Part shown: positions 18,986 to 29,205 of the stretch, one piece after another | Position numbering within the stretch: the first letter of the stretch is position 1 | Layout of the letters: each line of letters opens with the position of its first letter | Assembly (NCBI GenBank): GCA_964520495.1 | Contig: CAZFMZ010000001.1 | Coordinates: forward strand, 216,734 to 280,733 | Length of the DNA stretch: 64,000 nt | Reading direction: 5' to 3' | Source: an uncultured Candidatus Saccharibacteria bacterium | Lineage (GTDB): Bacteria > Patescibacteriota > Saccharimonadia > Saccharimonadales > Saccharimonadaceae | The notes under the pieces: model-generated | What the model saw: the letters and a program-made list of their open reading frames with translations, nothing else | The model's database searches: none | What the model was told of the DNA's origin: nothing | Program-made: the position numbers and the translations under genes

Positions 18986-20164
18986 TCAGGCGTCGCCCAG
19001 CGTTTCAGGAATGCGCAGTTCCTTGACGGACTTGGCCCGCCAGGCCTTGAAGGCCCAGCCAATCGGCAGCACGTCGCGGTAGCCGATGATGTCGGCTGCT
19101 TCGCGCATGAACGCTCCCGGTAGACCTCCGAAACGGAGTCCGCCCCATTCGAATAACGCCCAGTTGTGTCCAATCGGCACCACGCAAGGTGGCTGAATGG
19201 CTTTATAGGCATTCTTCGCGCCCATCAGATGCTTGCTGACGAAGATGGCATCATGCAGCGCGGTCTGCGCCAGACCTGCATACGGCGTATCGGCATTGTC
19301 ACCGATGACGTACAGATGATCATGCGACCGCAGGAACATGTCAACTTTTACCTTGCCGCGTTCGTTCAGTGTGAACTGGTCGGCGTTGGCCTGGTAGAAC
19401 GGTGCATTGGTGACCCCCGAGGTCCAGATGACTGTCTGCGTCATGAGCGGCTTACCGTTGACGATCAGGCTGTCCGCCGTCTGACGCTCGACCTTCTTGT
19501 TCGTTTCGACGTTGATGCCAAGTTTCTTGAGCTGCAGTAGCGCACGGTCACTGGAGGCCTGGCTCAATCGTGGCAAGACACGTGGCGCCGCTTCGATCAG
19601 GCTGATACGGAGTCGCTTCTTACGGATACCGAAGTGCGTGCGTAACGTACGTAGATATTCTCCCAGCGCACCAGCCAGTTCGACACCGGTCGGACCAGCG
19701 CCGATAATGACATAGTTCTTTTCGTCGTCACTGCCGTCACTCATCTCATCCCAGAGATGTTCCTGCAGGCGGCGTATCTCTTCCTGTGATTTGATGCCGA
19801 AGGCATAGGTATCGAGTCCTTCGATCCCAAAATAGGTGGTCACGCTGCCAAGTGCCAATATGGCGTCCTCGTAATGATACTTACCGTTGTCCCCAGTTAA
19901 TAGGCGGGCACTGGTATCGATGGTCCGGATGCCGTCGTGCACCAACTTGACGTTGCTGCGATCTTTGAATATGTCTATCAGCGGGACCCATGATTCCCGA
20001 TGACTGTGGCCGGTCGCAGTGGCGAACAGAGCCGGATAATACTGGAAATCAGTCTTATCTGAAATGAGAGTGATCCGATTCGAACTCTCTTTTGATAGTT
20101 CCAGGGCCGCCTTGACGCCGCCGAAACCGCCGCCAACGATAGTGACGTTCAGGTGCTTACTCAT
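18986..20164 (-). CDS. ndh: Type II NADH dehydrogenase (NDH-2) family flavoprotein
   Basis: Two dinucleotide-binding motifs are present: IVGGGFGG and IIGAGPTGVELAG. Confidence 0.8.
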   Translation of the reverse strand: MSKHLNVTIVGGGFGGVKAALELSKESSNRITLISDKTDFQYYPALFATATGHSHRESWVPLIDIFKDRSNVKLVHDGIRTIDTSARLLTGDNGKYHYEDAILALGSVTTYFGIEGLDTYAFGIKSQEEIRRLQEHLWDEMSDGSDDEKNYVIIGAGPTGVELAGALGEYLRTLRTHFGIRKKRLRISLIEAAPRVLPRLSQASSDRALLQLKKLGINVETNKKVERQTADSLIVNGKPLMTQTVIWTSGVTNAPFYQANADQFTLNERGKVKVDMFLRSHDHLYVIGDNADTPYAGLAQTALHDAIFVSKHLMGAKNAYKAIQPPCVVPIGHNWALFEWGGLRFGGLPGAFMREAADIIGYRDVLPIGWAFKAWRAKSVKELRIPETLGDA

Positions 20165-20201
20165 ACTACGATTGTTTCTTTCCCATTAAGCGTTACCACT
20201 A

Positions 20202-21068
20202 TTATACCGTAGGTATGCCCTTCACCAAAGCGTCGAGCAGTACGGCGACGAGCAGGAGTACCGTTAATAGTAGCGAGACCACGAAGACACGACGCGCCCA
20301 GCCGATCGGGTCATCTACCGGTCGCAGGAAGATCCAGGCCCAGTACAATGCTCCCACGAGCAACATGCCGCCGCCAATCCATCCGATCACGCCACTCGCC
20401 AGCATCAGCACGATAACCGCCAAATAGGCCGCCATGTAGATGCCCATCTGACGGCGGACGGCTCGAAAACCCCGTACGACACCCAATACTGGCAACTTGG
20501 CAGCGGCATACTCGCTACGTCGAAAGATAGAGATGGCATAGAAATGAGGCATCTGCCAGGCGAGCACGAGCGCGAACAGCAACCAGGCGGCCGGATCCAG
20601 CGCCGTACTGATGGCAACATAGCCGGCCATGGCCGGCAGGGCGCCAGGGATGGCACCGATCAGCGTGCTGTGGACGGTGTGACGCTTGGCGACGGCATAG
20701 ATGAGAACGTAGAAAACATACGCGACGAGACCGATAACGACCACGAGCAGGTTCGTCAGCCACAACAGCAAAGCCAGGCCGAAGGCGAACAGTCCGGCCG
20801 CAAAAATCAGTGCATCACGCAGCGTCACCGTTCCGGTGACCGACGGCCGAGAACGGGTTCGTGCCATCCGGGCGTCGATGTCACGGTCGATATAGTTGTT
20901 CAGCACACAAGCCGAGGCGATGATGAACGACGTACCAAGTAACACGCCGATAAGCGGTTGCCACGTCAGACCGTAGCCGGCGGCGAAGATGCTACCGGCC
21001 AGCGTATGTAGGAGATTTCCTTTGACGATGCCCGGCTTGGTCAGCCGGTAATAGTCACGCACTGCCAC
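20202..21068 (-). CDS. cyoE: Protoheme IX farnesyltransferase (heme O synthase)
   Basis: This is a UbiA-family polytopic protein with NNYIDRDIDARMARTRSRP. It lies downstream of cyoD. Confidence 0.9.
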   Translation of the reverse strand: MAVRDYYRLTKPGIVKGNLLHTLAGSIFAAGYGLTWQPLIGVLLGTSFIIASACVLNNYIDRDIDARMARTRSRPSVTGTVTLRDALIFAAGLFAFGLALLLWLTNLLVVVIGLVAYVFYVLIYAVAKRHTVHSTLIGAIPGALPAMAGYVAISTALDPAAWLLFALVLAWQMPHFYAISIFRRSEYAAAKLPVLGVVRGFRAVRRQMGIYMAAYLAVIVLMLASGVIGWIGGGMLLVGALYWAWIFLRPVDDPIGWARRVFVVSLLLTVLLLVAVLLDALVKGIPTV

Positions 21069-21071
21069 CGG

Positions 21072-21443
21072 TTAAAAACCTTTCTTATTCTGCTGCAGCA
21101 TATATTCTTGCATGGCGTCAGGCGAGATATGCATGCGGTAGTCGAGGTTCTGCATGATCCAGAGTGAACCGATGACGATGATAAGCGCCATGCCGATAGT
21201 GAACAGGAAGGTGCCCGTCCGAGAGAACGGATCGCGGTCGGCGCCCATATGCAGGAAGCACACCAGCTGGATAACCAGTTGCACCACGGCGAGTCCCAAG
21301 ATGATCAGCATAGTGAGTGAGGCGGCGTCGCCGAGCCATGCCTCAGTGACGATAAGGTAACTCGCGATGCTCAGTAGCAAGGCGGCGTTAAAGCCGATGA
21401 CATACGTCACCAGCAGACGGCTGAAGCTCACGTTTTGTTTCAT
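21072..21443 (-). CDS. cyoD: Cytochrome o ubiquinol oxidase subunit IV
   Basis: The motif VVQLVIQLVCFLHM matches the CyoD signature VQ.LV.LVCFLHM. The protein has 3 TM helices. Confidence 0.8.
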   Translation of the reverse strand: MKQNVSFSRLLVTYVIGFNAALLLSIASYLIVTEAWLGDAASLTMLIILGLAVVQLVIQLVCFLHMGADRDPFSRTGTFLFTIGMALIIVIGSLWIMQNLDYRMHISPDAMQEYMLQQNKKGF

Positions 21444-22033
21444 GACAATCTCGCTCCTAGATACACGATGGTAAAGATGAAAATCCAGACGAGGTCGAGA
21501 AAATGCCAGAAATAGGTAAACAGCGCGAATTTACGCTGGAAATGGGCGGTGACTCCGTGAGCGGTCGCATACCATCCCATCGCACCGGCCCAGACCAGGC
21601 CGATGAAAATATGAAGTCCATGAGTACCGACAAGTGTAAAGAACCCGGACAGGAAGGCACTGCGCCGCCATGATTCCCCTTCCGCCACAAGCGTGCCGAA
21701 CTCCAGCAGTTCCAGCATCAGGAAAGCGGCACCTAAGACGATCGTCGCCGTCAACAGACCGAGGCCGAGCCGGTGCTTATTGAACCGGAACGCGAGCGCG
21801 GCTACGCCGGAGGTAAAACTACTACAAAGCAAGATGATCGTGAGCAGCAAGGCGTAGGCCGGATCGAACAGTTCGGCTGCCGACGGGCCCCCTGCCGTGT
21901 TGTGACGCAGAATCATATAGGTCGCGAACAAGCTGGCGAACAGAACGAGGTCGGTCATCAGGTACAACCAGAATCCATACTCTGCCTTGGTTCGCTTTTG
22001 GCTCAGATATGACGCGGATAGCTGGTGTCTCAT
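21440..22033 (-). CDS. cyoC: Cytochrome o ubiquinol oxidase subunit III
   Basis: The protein contains FGFWLYLMTDLVLFASLFATY, LVGTHGLH and FWHFLDLVW. Confidence 0.9.
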   Translation of the reverse strand: MRHQLSASYLSQKRTKAEYGFWLYLMTDLVLFASLFATYMILRHNTAGGPSAAELFDPAYALLLTIILLCSSFTSGVAALAFRFNKHRLGLGLLTATIVLGAAFLMLELLEFGTLVAEGESWRRSAFLSGFFTLVGTHGLHIFIGLVWAGAMGWYATAHGVTAHFQRKFALFTYFWHFLDLVWIFIFTIVYLGARLS

Positions 22034-24006
22034 GCGGCCGCTCCGTTCGCTTCCTTATATAGCTCGTCGGCCGTTATGCAGTAATCCATCTCATCCTGTA
22101 ACGTCCGCCAGACGATAACGATTATGACAAGCCCTGCTGCCGGCACGGCTATCCACCATAGGTGCCAGATAATCGCGAACCCGAATACCAACGCCAGTCC
22201 CCCGACTATCAGACCGATGGCGCTGTTCTTCGGCAACCATATGTCCTTATACTCCTCTTTCGCCGGCTTCGTCACGCCCTTTTGTTTGCGATACCACCAC
22301 TCGTCACGTTCGTGTACCGTTGGAATGACGGCGAAATTATAGTGGGGCGCGGGTGACGGTACTGACCATTCAAGCGTCCGGCCGTCATATGGATCGCCGG
22401 TGCTATCTCGCAGCTCCTTACGTTTCCAAAGACTATATACTACCTGCAGCGCGAACAGTCCGACACCGAGTGCTACCACCATCACACCGACACCGGAGAC
22501 GATGAAGAACGGTAGCCAGGCCGGATCGCTGTAGTTGTCGAGCCGACGGACAGCCCCCATCAGACCGAGGATATAGAGTGGGATGAAGGCCAGGATAAAG
22601 CCGATCTGCCAGGCATAGGCCGACCATCGGCCCAGCCGGTCATGCAGCCGGAAGCCGAATATCTTCGGGAACCAGTAGGTCATGCCGGCGAAAAAGCCGA
22701 AGACGACACCACCGATGATGACGTTATGGAAATGAGCCACCAAGAACAGCGTGTTGTGCACCTGGTAGTCGAGTGCCGGAACTGCCATCATGACGCCGCT
22801 GACGCCTCCGACGGTAAAGGTGACCACGAAGGCCAGGAACCATACCATCGGCGCAGTGAAGCTGATGCGGCCGCGGTACATGGTGAACAGCCAGTTGAAT
22901 ATCTTTACTCCGGTCGGAATAGCGATGACCATGGTCATGATACCGAAGAAGGCATTGACATTGGCCCCTGCTCCCATCGTGAAGAAATGATGCTGCCAGA
23001 CGATGAACGAGAGGAACATGATGGCCAGCAACGCATACACCATGGTGCGGTAGCCGAACAACCGCTTCTTCGCGAACGTCGCCACGACTTCCGAGAAGAT
23101 ACCGAAGGCAGGCAGCACCAAGATATAGACTTCGGGATGGCCCCAGGCCCAGATAAGGTTAATGTAGAGCATCGGGTTCCCTCCCATATCGGAAGTGAAG
23201 AAATGCATGCCAAGCGTCCGGTCCAGACTGAGCATGGCGAGCGTGACGGTCAGGATCGGGAATGCCAACATGATAAGTACGCTCGTAACCAGTACGCTCC
23301 ATGGGAAGATTGGCATCTTGAACATCGTCATGCCGGGTGCCCGACATTTCAGGATGGTGACGAAGAAGTTGATCCCGGAAAGCAGACTCCCGATACCGGC
23401 AATCTGGAGCGACCATATCCAATAGTCCACGCCGGGTCCAGGATTATATTCCAGCCCTGTCAAGGGTGGGTAGCCGAGCCAGCCACCGTTACTGAACCCT
23501 CCGTAGACCAACGACAGGTTTACCAGTACCATGCCGGCCGCGAACAGCCAGAAACTGATTGAGTTCATTAAGGGGTAGGCCATGTCGCGAGCTCCCAGCA
23601 TCAACGGCATGATGACGTTCACCAAGCCGAACAGCAGTCCCATGGCTACGAAGAAAATCATGATGGTGCCGTGGGCCGTAAACACTTGCTGGAAGGTGTC
23701 GCTGCTGAGGGGTCCGGTCGCGTCACCGGCGCTGAGCGCCGTCTGAAGTCGAAGCATACCGGCATCCGCTAGGCCACGTAACAGCATTACCATCGCCACG
23801 ATCGTGTACATGACGCCGATTTTCTTGGCATCAAGAGACGTCAGCCAATTGGTCCATAGCCATTTCCAACGTTTGAGGTAGGTAATCAGACCGATCAACA
23901 GTAGTGCTGACACCGGCATGCCAATGGCGGCGCCGATCGTGACCGGGTCCTGCGGGAAATATTCCAATGAAAGTCGGCCAGTGATGAATTCCCAGAAGCC
24001 ACTCAT
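22030..24006 (-). CDS. cyoB: Cytochrome o ubiquinol oxidase subunit I (heme-copper oxidase)
   Basis: This is a 658-aa protein containing WAWGHPEVYILVLPAFG and HFHNVIIGG. Confidence 0.95.
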   Translation of the reverse strand: MSGFWEFITGRLSLEYFPQDPVTIGAAIGMPVSALLLIGLITYLKRWKWLWTNWLTSLDAKKIGVMYTIVAMVMLLRGLADAGMLRLQTALSAGDATGPLSSDTFQQVFTAHGTIMIFFVAMGLLFGLVNVIMPLMLGARDMAYPLMNSISFWLFAAGMVLVNLSLVYGGFSNGGWLGYPPLTGLEYNPGPGVDYWIWSLQIAGIGSLLSGINFFVTILKCRAPGMTMFKMPIFPWSVLVTSVLIMLAFPILTVTLAMLSLDRTLGMHFFTSDMGGNPMLYINLIWAWGHPEVYILVLPAFGIFSEVVATFAKKRLFGYRTMVYALLAIMFLSFIVWQHHFFTMGAGANVNAFFGIMTMVIAIPTGVKIFNWLFTMYRGRISFTAPMVWFLAFVVTFTVGGVSGVMMAVPALDYQVHNTLFLVAHFHNVIIGGVVFGFFAGMTYWFPKIFGFRLHDRLGRWSAYAWQIGFILAFIPLYILGLMGAVRRLDNYSDPAWLPFFIVSGVGVMVVALGVGLFALQVVYSLWKRKELRDSTGDPYDGRTLEWSVPSPAPHYNFAVIPTVHERDEWWYRKQKGVTKPAKEEYKDIWLPKNSAIGLIVGGLALVFGFAIIWHLWWIAVPAAGLVIIVIVWRTLQDEMDYCITADELYKEANGAAA

Positions 24007-24885
24007 CTAGTGTGACCCTCCGTGCGAGGCGTGTCCGGACTGTGCGCGCATGATGGTCGCGAACAAGCCAGGCTCCGTCAGGCGGTAGGTACGCTCGCGG
24101 GTGTCGCTTTTTGGTGCGACGAGCGTATCATACGTCGGTTTGTCCATCTGCGGCGTTACCTGCTTGGCCTGGGCCACCCAGTCGGAAAACTCGGCCGTTT
24201 TGAACGCCTTGAGCTGGAAGGTCATGTCGGCGTACCCTTCGCCATTAATGTTAGTGGTATAGCCGGTGAAGCTGCCGGGCTGGTTGGCGACCAGGTTGAG
24301 TTCGGATTGCATGCCGTTCATGGCATAGATCTGGCTCCCAAGCTTGGGAATCCAGAATGCGCTCATGGGGGCGTCGGCGGTCAGACGGAAATGAATCGGT
24401 CGGTTGACTTCGACCGGTAGATGGTTAAGCGTCGCCACCCCGTACTCCGGGTATAAGAACAACCACTTCCACCGGAGCGCGACCACTTCGACCTCAAGAG
24501 GCGCCTGGTCGCTCGCCAGCGGCTTATACGGATCGAGACTATGGCTGGTTTGGTAGGTCACGACACCGAGCACGCCGATGATGGCAATCGGGATACCCCA
24601 CCACAAGCTTTCTAGCAGTCGGTTCTCGCTCCATTCCGGTTCATACCGTGCCGCTTTGTTCGAGGCGCGGTATTTGACGGCGAAAACAATCAACATCGTA
24701 AAGACCGGGACAACGACGAGCGCACTGAGAAACAACGTCAGGTACAGCAGTGCCAGCTGTTGCTCGGCGACGGCGCCGGCTGGCTGGAGTACGTCAATCG
24801 AGGCGCCGTTGAGCAGCCACCAGCCTCCAGCTAGCAACCCGCCGATGACACAAAGCGGCACTAATACCCCCACGAAACGTTTCAT
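24007..24885 (-). CDS. cyoA: Cytochrome o ubiquinol oxidase subunit II (quinol type, no CuA ligands)
   Basis: FWIPKLGSQIYAMNGMQSELNLVANQPG parallels E. coli CyoA. The CuA CxExC motif is absent. The ORF extends to a TTG at 24924, but ATG 24885 (MKRFVGVLVPL) is the more likely start. Confidence 0.88.
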   Translation of the reverse strand: MKRFVGVLVPLCVIGGLLAGGWWLLNGASIDVLQPAGAVAEQQLALLYLTLFLSALVVVPVFTMLIVFAVKYRASNKAARYEPEWSENRLLESLWWGIPIAIIGVLGVVTYQTSHSLDPYKPLASDQAPLEVEVVALRWKWLFLYPEYGVATLNHLPVEVNRPIHFRLTADAPMSAFWIPKLGSQIYAMNGMQSELNLVANQPGSFTGYTTNINGEGYADMTFQLKAFKTAEFSDWVAQAKQVTPQMDKPTYDTLVAPKSDTRERTYRLTEPGLFATIMRAQSGHASHGGSH

Positions 24886-24927
24886 ATGTGGTCTTATGAT
24901 ACCGCTTATACTAGGTTGCGACAAGCG

Positions 24928-25185
24928 CTAGAATGATGCCTGCGATTCAGCCTCTGCGGAACTTTCGTCCTCGACCTTGAGCGACTCAAGCTGCTGTTCG
25001 GCCCTATTCAGGTCTTCCGCGGTCGTAATCACTTCAGCCGTGTCGGTGTTCGAGACGCTCGTGGCAGACTCAGCTTTTTCCTGACCGAACGATTTCCATG
25101 CCACGATGCCTAAGCCCCCGATGAGAATCAGGACGCCGGTGATCACCAGCACTTCTATGAGCGAGAATCCTTTGAACGGGCTCAT
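24928..25185 (-). CDS. Small type IV prepilin-like protein (cassette A)
   Basis: It has a class III signal, MSPFKG|FSLIEVLVITGVLILIGG, with Glu at +5. The C-terminal tail is acidic. The start overlaps the upstream stop (ATGA). Confidence 0.7.
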   Translation of the reverse strand: MSPFKGFSLIEVLVITGVLILIGGLGIVAWKSFGQEKAESATSVSNTDTAEVITTAEDLNRAEQQLESLKVEDESSAEAESQASF

Positions 25186-25898
25186 GCCGCCGGCTCACCT
25201 TCCTGCTCCGTCACCGATTCGCCCTTTGAATCGTTGAGCGCTTTCTTCACCACCAGTAGCAGATCAACGACCGCACGGCGGTAGTCACTCAAGCCTTCGT
25301 GGCGGGCCTGCAATAACGAGGTGATGGTTCCGGCCGGTTTGTTGCCGTCGGCTTGCGTGCAGTCGAACGTCGTACCTGCCATGACATCGATGGCTGCCGC
25401 CGCATCAGCTTCCTTGCTGTCGACATTGGCGACTGCCGCGTCAAAGCCGTCGGCGGTCAGCTGCTTGTCATCGTAGAATTTCTTAATACCCTCTTCCAGC
25501 CGCTGGATGACCCCGAGCTGACGACGCGCGTTCTCGACGCTTCTTTCGAGCAGTTCATTGATGCGTGTCTCACGGTTCTCACATACCGCCAGCCGACGAC
25601 CTTCCAATCGCTGCTTCACCTCGGCACGGCGCTCCTGCAGCTGGGCTTCCAGTTTCTGGCGACGCTCCTGAATGCGAAGTTTCTGACGCTCCAAGCGGGT
25701 CTTCTGATCATCGCTACTGCGAATGTCGGTCTTTACCTCAACTTCGAGTTTCTCTGTGTTGTTTTCGACCTGGTTGAGTATGTTCGCGGCCGCTCCGTTG
25801 CCCTTGTCGCCCTCATGACGTGCCAGCACCGGCGTGCCCAGACCGACCAGCATCGCCAGGGCCAGGACCGGAATGATGAATGATGTCGTTCGTTTCAT
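25182..25898 (-). CDS. Secreted coiled-coil protein with two conserved Cys (cassette A)
   Basis: The signal peptide is MKRTTSFIIPVLALAMLVGLGTPVLA and the protein has ERR/heptad-rich helices. It is a paralog of 46503..47186. Confidence 0.65.
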   Translation of the reverse strand: MKRTTSFIIPVLALAMLVGLGTPVLARHEGDKGNGAAANILNQVENNTEKLEVEVKTDIRSSDDQKTRLERQKLRIQERRQKLEAQLQERRAEVKQRLEGRRLAVCENRETRINELLERSVENARRQLGVIQRLEEGIKKFYDDKQLTADGFDAAVANVDSKEADAAAAIDVMAGTTFDCTQADGNKPAGTITSLLQARHEGLSDYRRAVVDLLLVVKKALNDSKGESVTEQEGEPAA

Positions 25899-25928
25899 AG
25901 TTTCCTTTTCGTTAGGCTGTACGCCCCG

Positions 25929-25934
25929 ATTATA
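25929..25934 (-). promoter_or_regulatory. TATAAT -10 box upstream of cassette A
   Basis: A consensus -10 lies about 30 nt upstream of the ATG, with the SD sequence AAAAGGAAAC. The -35 is poor. Confidence 0.3.
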
Positions 25935-25955
25935 TCACTCATGCTTTGTAGCACG

Positions 25956-25987
25956 AAAATACCGCACACCCGGTAGGTATGCGGTAT
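25956..25987 (-). terminator. Intrinsic terminator after fusA
   Basis: The 8-bp stem ataccgca/tgcggtat is followed by a T-run on the minus strand. Confidence 0.6.
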
Positions 25988-26012
25988 CTGTGAGATATCA
26001 TCTCGTCAGCAG

Positions 26013-28109
26013 CTATTTGCTGGAACGCTTCTCGATGATCTCCTGTGCGACGTTCGGTGGTACTTCTTCGTATTGGGCCAGCTCCATGGTCGAAGCGGCA
26101 CGACCCTGACTCATCGAACGGATATCGTTGGTGTAGCCAAACATCTGCGCCAATGGTACGAATGCCTTGATCAGCTTTGCGCCGCCAGCCAGGTCTTCCA
26201 TCGCTTCGATGCGTCCACGACGAGAGTTAAGGTCACCGATGACATCACCCATGAACTCTTCCGGAGTGGTGACTTCGACACGCATGACAGGCTCGAGCAG
26301 AATAGGAGTAGCCTGCTTGACACCTTCACGTGCGGCCAGGCTACCAGCCAGGCTGAAGGCCAGTTCACTGGAGTCAACGTCGTGGTAGCTACCATCGTAC
26401 AGGGTTGCCTTGACGTCCACTACCGGATAGCCGGCAATGACACCACCATCCAGGGTATCCTTAATGCCCTTCATGACGGGCTGGCGGTATTCCTGCGGAA
26501 CCACACCACCTTTGATTTCATCGAAGAATTCGAAGCCCTTGCCAGGTTCGTTCGGCTCGAAACGGACCCAGACGTCACCGTACTGGCCGCGACCACCAGA
26601 TTGCTTGGCGTGCTTACCTTGTACCTGTGAGGTGCCCTTGATTGATTCACGGAACGCAACCTGCGGTTCTCCGATGTTGGCTTCCACCTTGAATTCACGC
26701 TTCATGCGGTCAATTAGGATGTCGAGGTGCAATTCACCCATGCCGGACATGATGGTCTGACCGGTCTCCTCGTCGGTGTGGACGCGGAACGTCGGGTCTT
26801 CCTCGGCCAGACGCTGTAGGGCGATTCCCATCTTTTCCTGGTCGGCCTTACTTTTCGGCTCGACGGCGATGGCAACGGGCGGCTCTGGGAAAGAGATGCT
26901 TTCAAGCGCGATCGGGTTAGCCATCTCACACAGCGTATGTCCGGTAAAGGTGCTCTTCAGGCCTACGACGGCAGCGATGTCACCGGCGGCGATTTCGGCG
27001 ATTTCCTCACGCTTATCGGCGTGCATTCGGACGATACGACCAACGCGTTCTTTCTCACCGGTCGTGGTGTTGAGCACGTAACTGCCGGCCTTAAGGGTTC
27101 CTGAGTAGACACGGACGAAAATCAGCTTACCAACGAATGGGTCGGTCGCGATTTTGAAAGCCAGACCAGCCATCGGTTCGGTCGTGTCAGGCTTACGGGA
27201 AATATCTTCACCGGTCTTCGGGTTGACGCCCCAGATGGCATCGACGTCGAGTGGGCTTGGCATGAAGTCAGCCACCAGGTCGAGTACCTTCTCGACGATT
27301 ACGCCGCGGCCGTCACCGCCAGTTACCAGGTAGAAATCACCGGCTAAGACACGCTTGCGCAGGGCCGCCTTCAGTTCATCGGTCGTAATGGAGTCTTCGC
27401 CGTCATCGAGGAAGCGCATCATGAGCTCATCATCAGCTTCGACGGCCGCTTCGACGAGCAAGCTGCGGGCGTTCTTGGCCTTGTCGAGCATGTCGGCAGG
27501 AATGTCTCCCTGTACCAGTTCCTTGTCGGCGAAATCACTATAGGTGTAGGCTTTCATGTCGACCAGGTCGACAACCCCGTTGATATCTTTTTCGAAGCCG
27601 ATCGGCAGATGGACCGGTAGGGCATGCTTGGACAGACGGGTGTGGATGCTCTGCAATGATTTATAAAAGTCACCACCGGTCTGGTTGATCTTGTTGATGA
27701 AACAGATACGAGGTACGCCGTACTTGTTGGCTTGACGCCAGACGGTCTCAGTTTGCGCTTCGACACCCATCTTGCCGTCGAACACGACGACGGCTCCGTC
27801 GAGCACGCGCAGGCTACGCTCTACCTCGGCGGTGAAGTCGATGTGACCCGGCGTGTCGATGATGTTGATCTTGCAGCCTTTCCAGAAACAGGTGACGGCA
27901 GCGCTGGTAATGGTGATGCCGCGCTCTTTCTCCTGGGCCATCCAGTCAGTCGTGGCACTATCACCGTCGGCACCACGGACTTCACCGATCTTGTGATTGA
28001 TACCGGTGCGGTACAGGATACCCTCGGTGGTGGTCGTCTTGCCGGCGTCGATGTGGGCGATGATGCCGATGTTACGGTAGTCCTTCAACGGGACGTCTTT
28101 TTGGGCCAT
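26013..28109 (-). CDS. fusA: Elongation factor G
   Basis: The protein contains [20 protein letters not shown] and NKINQ. It is 698 aa. Confidence 0.98.
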   Translation of the reverse strand: MAQKDVPLKDYRNIGIIAHIDAGKTTTTEGILYRTGINHKIGEVRGADGDSATTDWMAQEKERGITITSAAVTCFWKGCKINIIDTPGHIDFTAEVERSLRVLDGAVVVFDGKMGVEAQTETVWRQANKYGVPRICFINKINQTGGDFYKSLQSIHTRLSKHALPVHLPIGFEKDINGVVDLVDMKAYTYSDFADKELVQGDIPADMLDKAKNARSLLVEAAVEADDELMMRFLDDGEDSITTDELKAALRKRVLAGDFYLVTGGDGRGVIVEKVLDLVADFMPSPLDVDAIWGVNPKTGEDISRKPDTTEPMAGLAFKIATDPFVGKLIFVRVYSGTLKAGSYVLNTTTGEKERVGRIVRMHADKREEIAEIAAGDIAAVVGLKSTFTGHTLCEMANPIALESISFPEPPVAIAVEPKSKADQEKMGIALQRLAEEDPTFRVHTDEETGQTIMSGMGELHLDILIDRMKREFKVEANIGEPQVAFRESIKGTSQVQGKHAKQSGGRGQYGDVWVRFEPNEPGKGFEFFDEIKGGVVPQEYRQPVMKGIKDTLDGGVIAGYPVVDVKATLYDGSYHDVDSSELAFSLAGSLAAREGVKQATPILLEPVMRVEVTTPEEFMGDVIGDLNSRRGRIEAMEDLAGGAKLIKAFVPLAQMFGYTNDIRSMSQGRAASTMELAQYEEVPPNVAQEIIEKRSSK

Positions 28110-28191
28110 GAAGTGGTGCTTCCTCTCGTTCTAAATAATTTTTGCCATAAAAAATAGCACTTTGCTATTCATCATAGCACAATTAGAGGTG

Positions 28192-29199
28192 TTAATCTAG
28201 CGGCTTGTCCTCAAGTGACTTATAGAAGGTCGCTCTGATCGAGCCGAGATGATCGATTGAGGTCAATGGCACCGTCAACTCGATCGGGGCGTCATCCATG
28301 TCGTCATGGTGCAGCAGCATCCTGAGGTGCGGACGCACCACGTCGTCGTCATCTTCCGGTGCCGCCTCCCACTCTACCGACTTTACCGTCGCCAGCGCAC
28401 CGGCCGTAAACTGTACCCCTTGCAGCTCACCGGAACGGTGATGGAGCCACGCGCTTCCATCGGCGAACAATTCATACCCCAGCTGCCGGTCAAAGCTGAA
28501 CAGTGACGCCAAGTAAACTTGAAGTGCGGCCTTTGTCTTATGCAAAAAGGCTTCATCCTCGCCATGAGGCGTATCGGTCAGCTTCCACTCGTACTCAGCC
28601 AAGCGCATGATGCGCTCGCACTCGTCAGTCGCCTCCTTGAAGACCTCATGATCGATGTCGCTAATCATGTCAGGAAAATGATACTCCAGCCACCCGCGAG
28701 CCCGCTCCGGCGACATGAACTCCTCGAACTCGAAACTGATGATGTCGTCGATGCGAGCGGAGCCGTTCATAATGAGATGGTTCGCCCGACTGTCGAGTCC
28801 TTCTCTAATCAGTCCGATCCGTAAATCATACCAGGTCGGCTCATCTCCCGACGGCTCGCCAAACTCACGGGCATGCGCTAGTACGCCTCGGAAAGAAACG
28901 GTCTGGTTCTCATAATAATCTTTCCGTATCGTGTCTGGTCGGAGCTCCTCGGCGTCCTCTATCATGTAGCTCGCAAGCCCAGTCATCACCGCATCCTCAC
29001 CCAGTAATTCCTCCCACTCTTCATTCACATCATTGACGATCTCAGTAATCGTATCGAGATCCACTGGCTGCTCTGCCAGAAGCTGGTTGTACGTAGTGAT
29101 CTTGTCGAACATCCGCCGGAGTAGCGGGTCCATGTGCGTCGCTTCGAAGGCCTCGAATTGCTGCATGAACTGGTCGGGTGAGTGTCGTAGCTCTGTCAT
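28192..29199 (-). CDS. Highly acidic 335-aa orphan protein
   Basis: It has a clean ORF with many D/E runs (EDDDDV, HHDDMDDAP). The start lies 6 nt after a TACAAT -10 box. Confidence 0.6.
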   Translation of the reverse strand: MTELRHSPDQFMQQFEAFEATHMDPLLRRMFDKITTYNQLLAEQPVDLDTITEIVNDVNEEWEELLGEDAVMTGLASYMIEDAEELRPDTIRKDYYENQTVSFRGVLAHAREFGEPSGDEPTWYDLRIGLIREGLDSRANHLIMNGSARIDDIISFEFEEFMSPERARGWLEYHFPDMISDIDHEVFKEATDECERIMRLAEYEWKLTDTPHGEDEAFLHKTKAALQVYLASLFSFDRQLGYELFADGSAWLHHRSGELQGVQFTAGALATVKSVEWEAAPEDDDDVVRPHLRMLLHHDDMDDAPIELTVPLTSIDHLGSIRATFYKSLEDKPLD

Positions 29200-29205
29200 T
29201 TTTGC

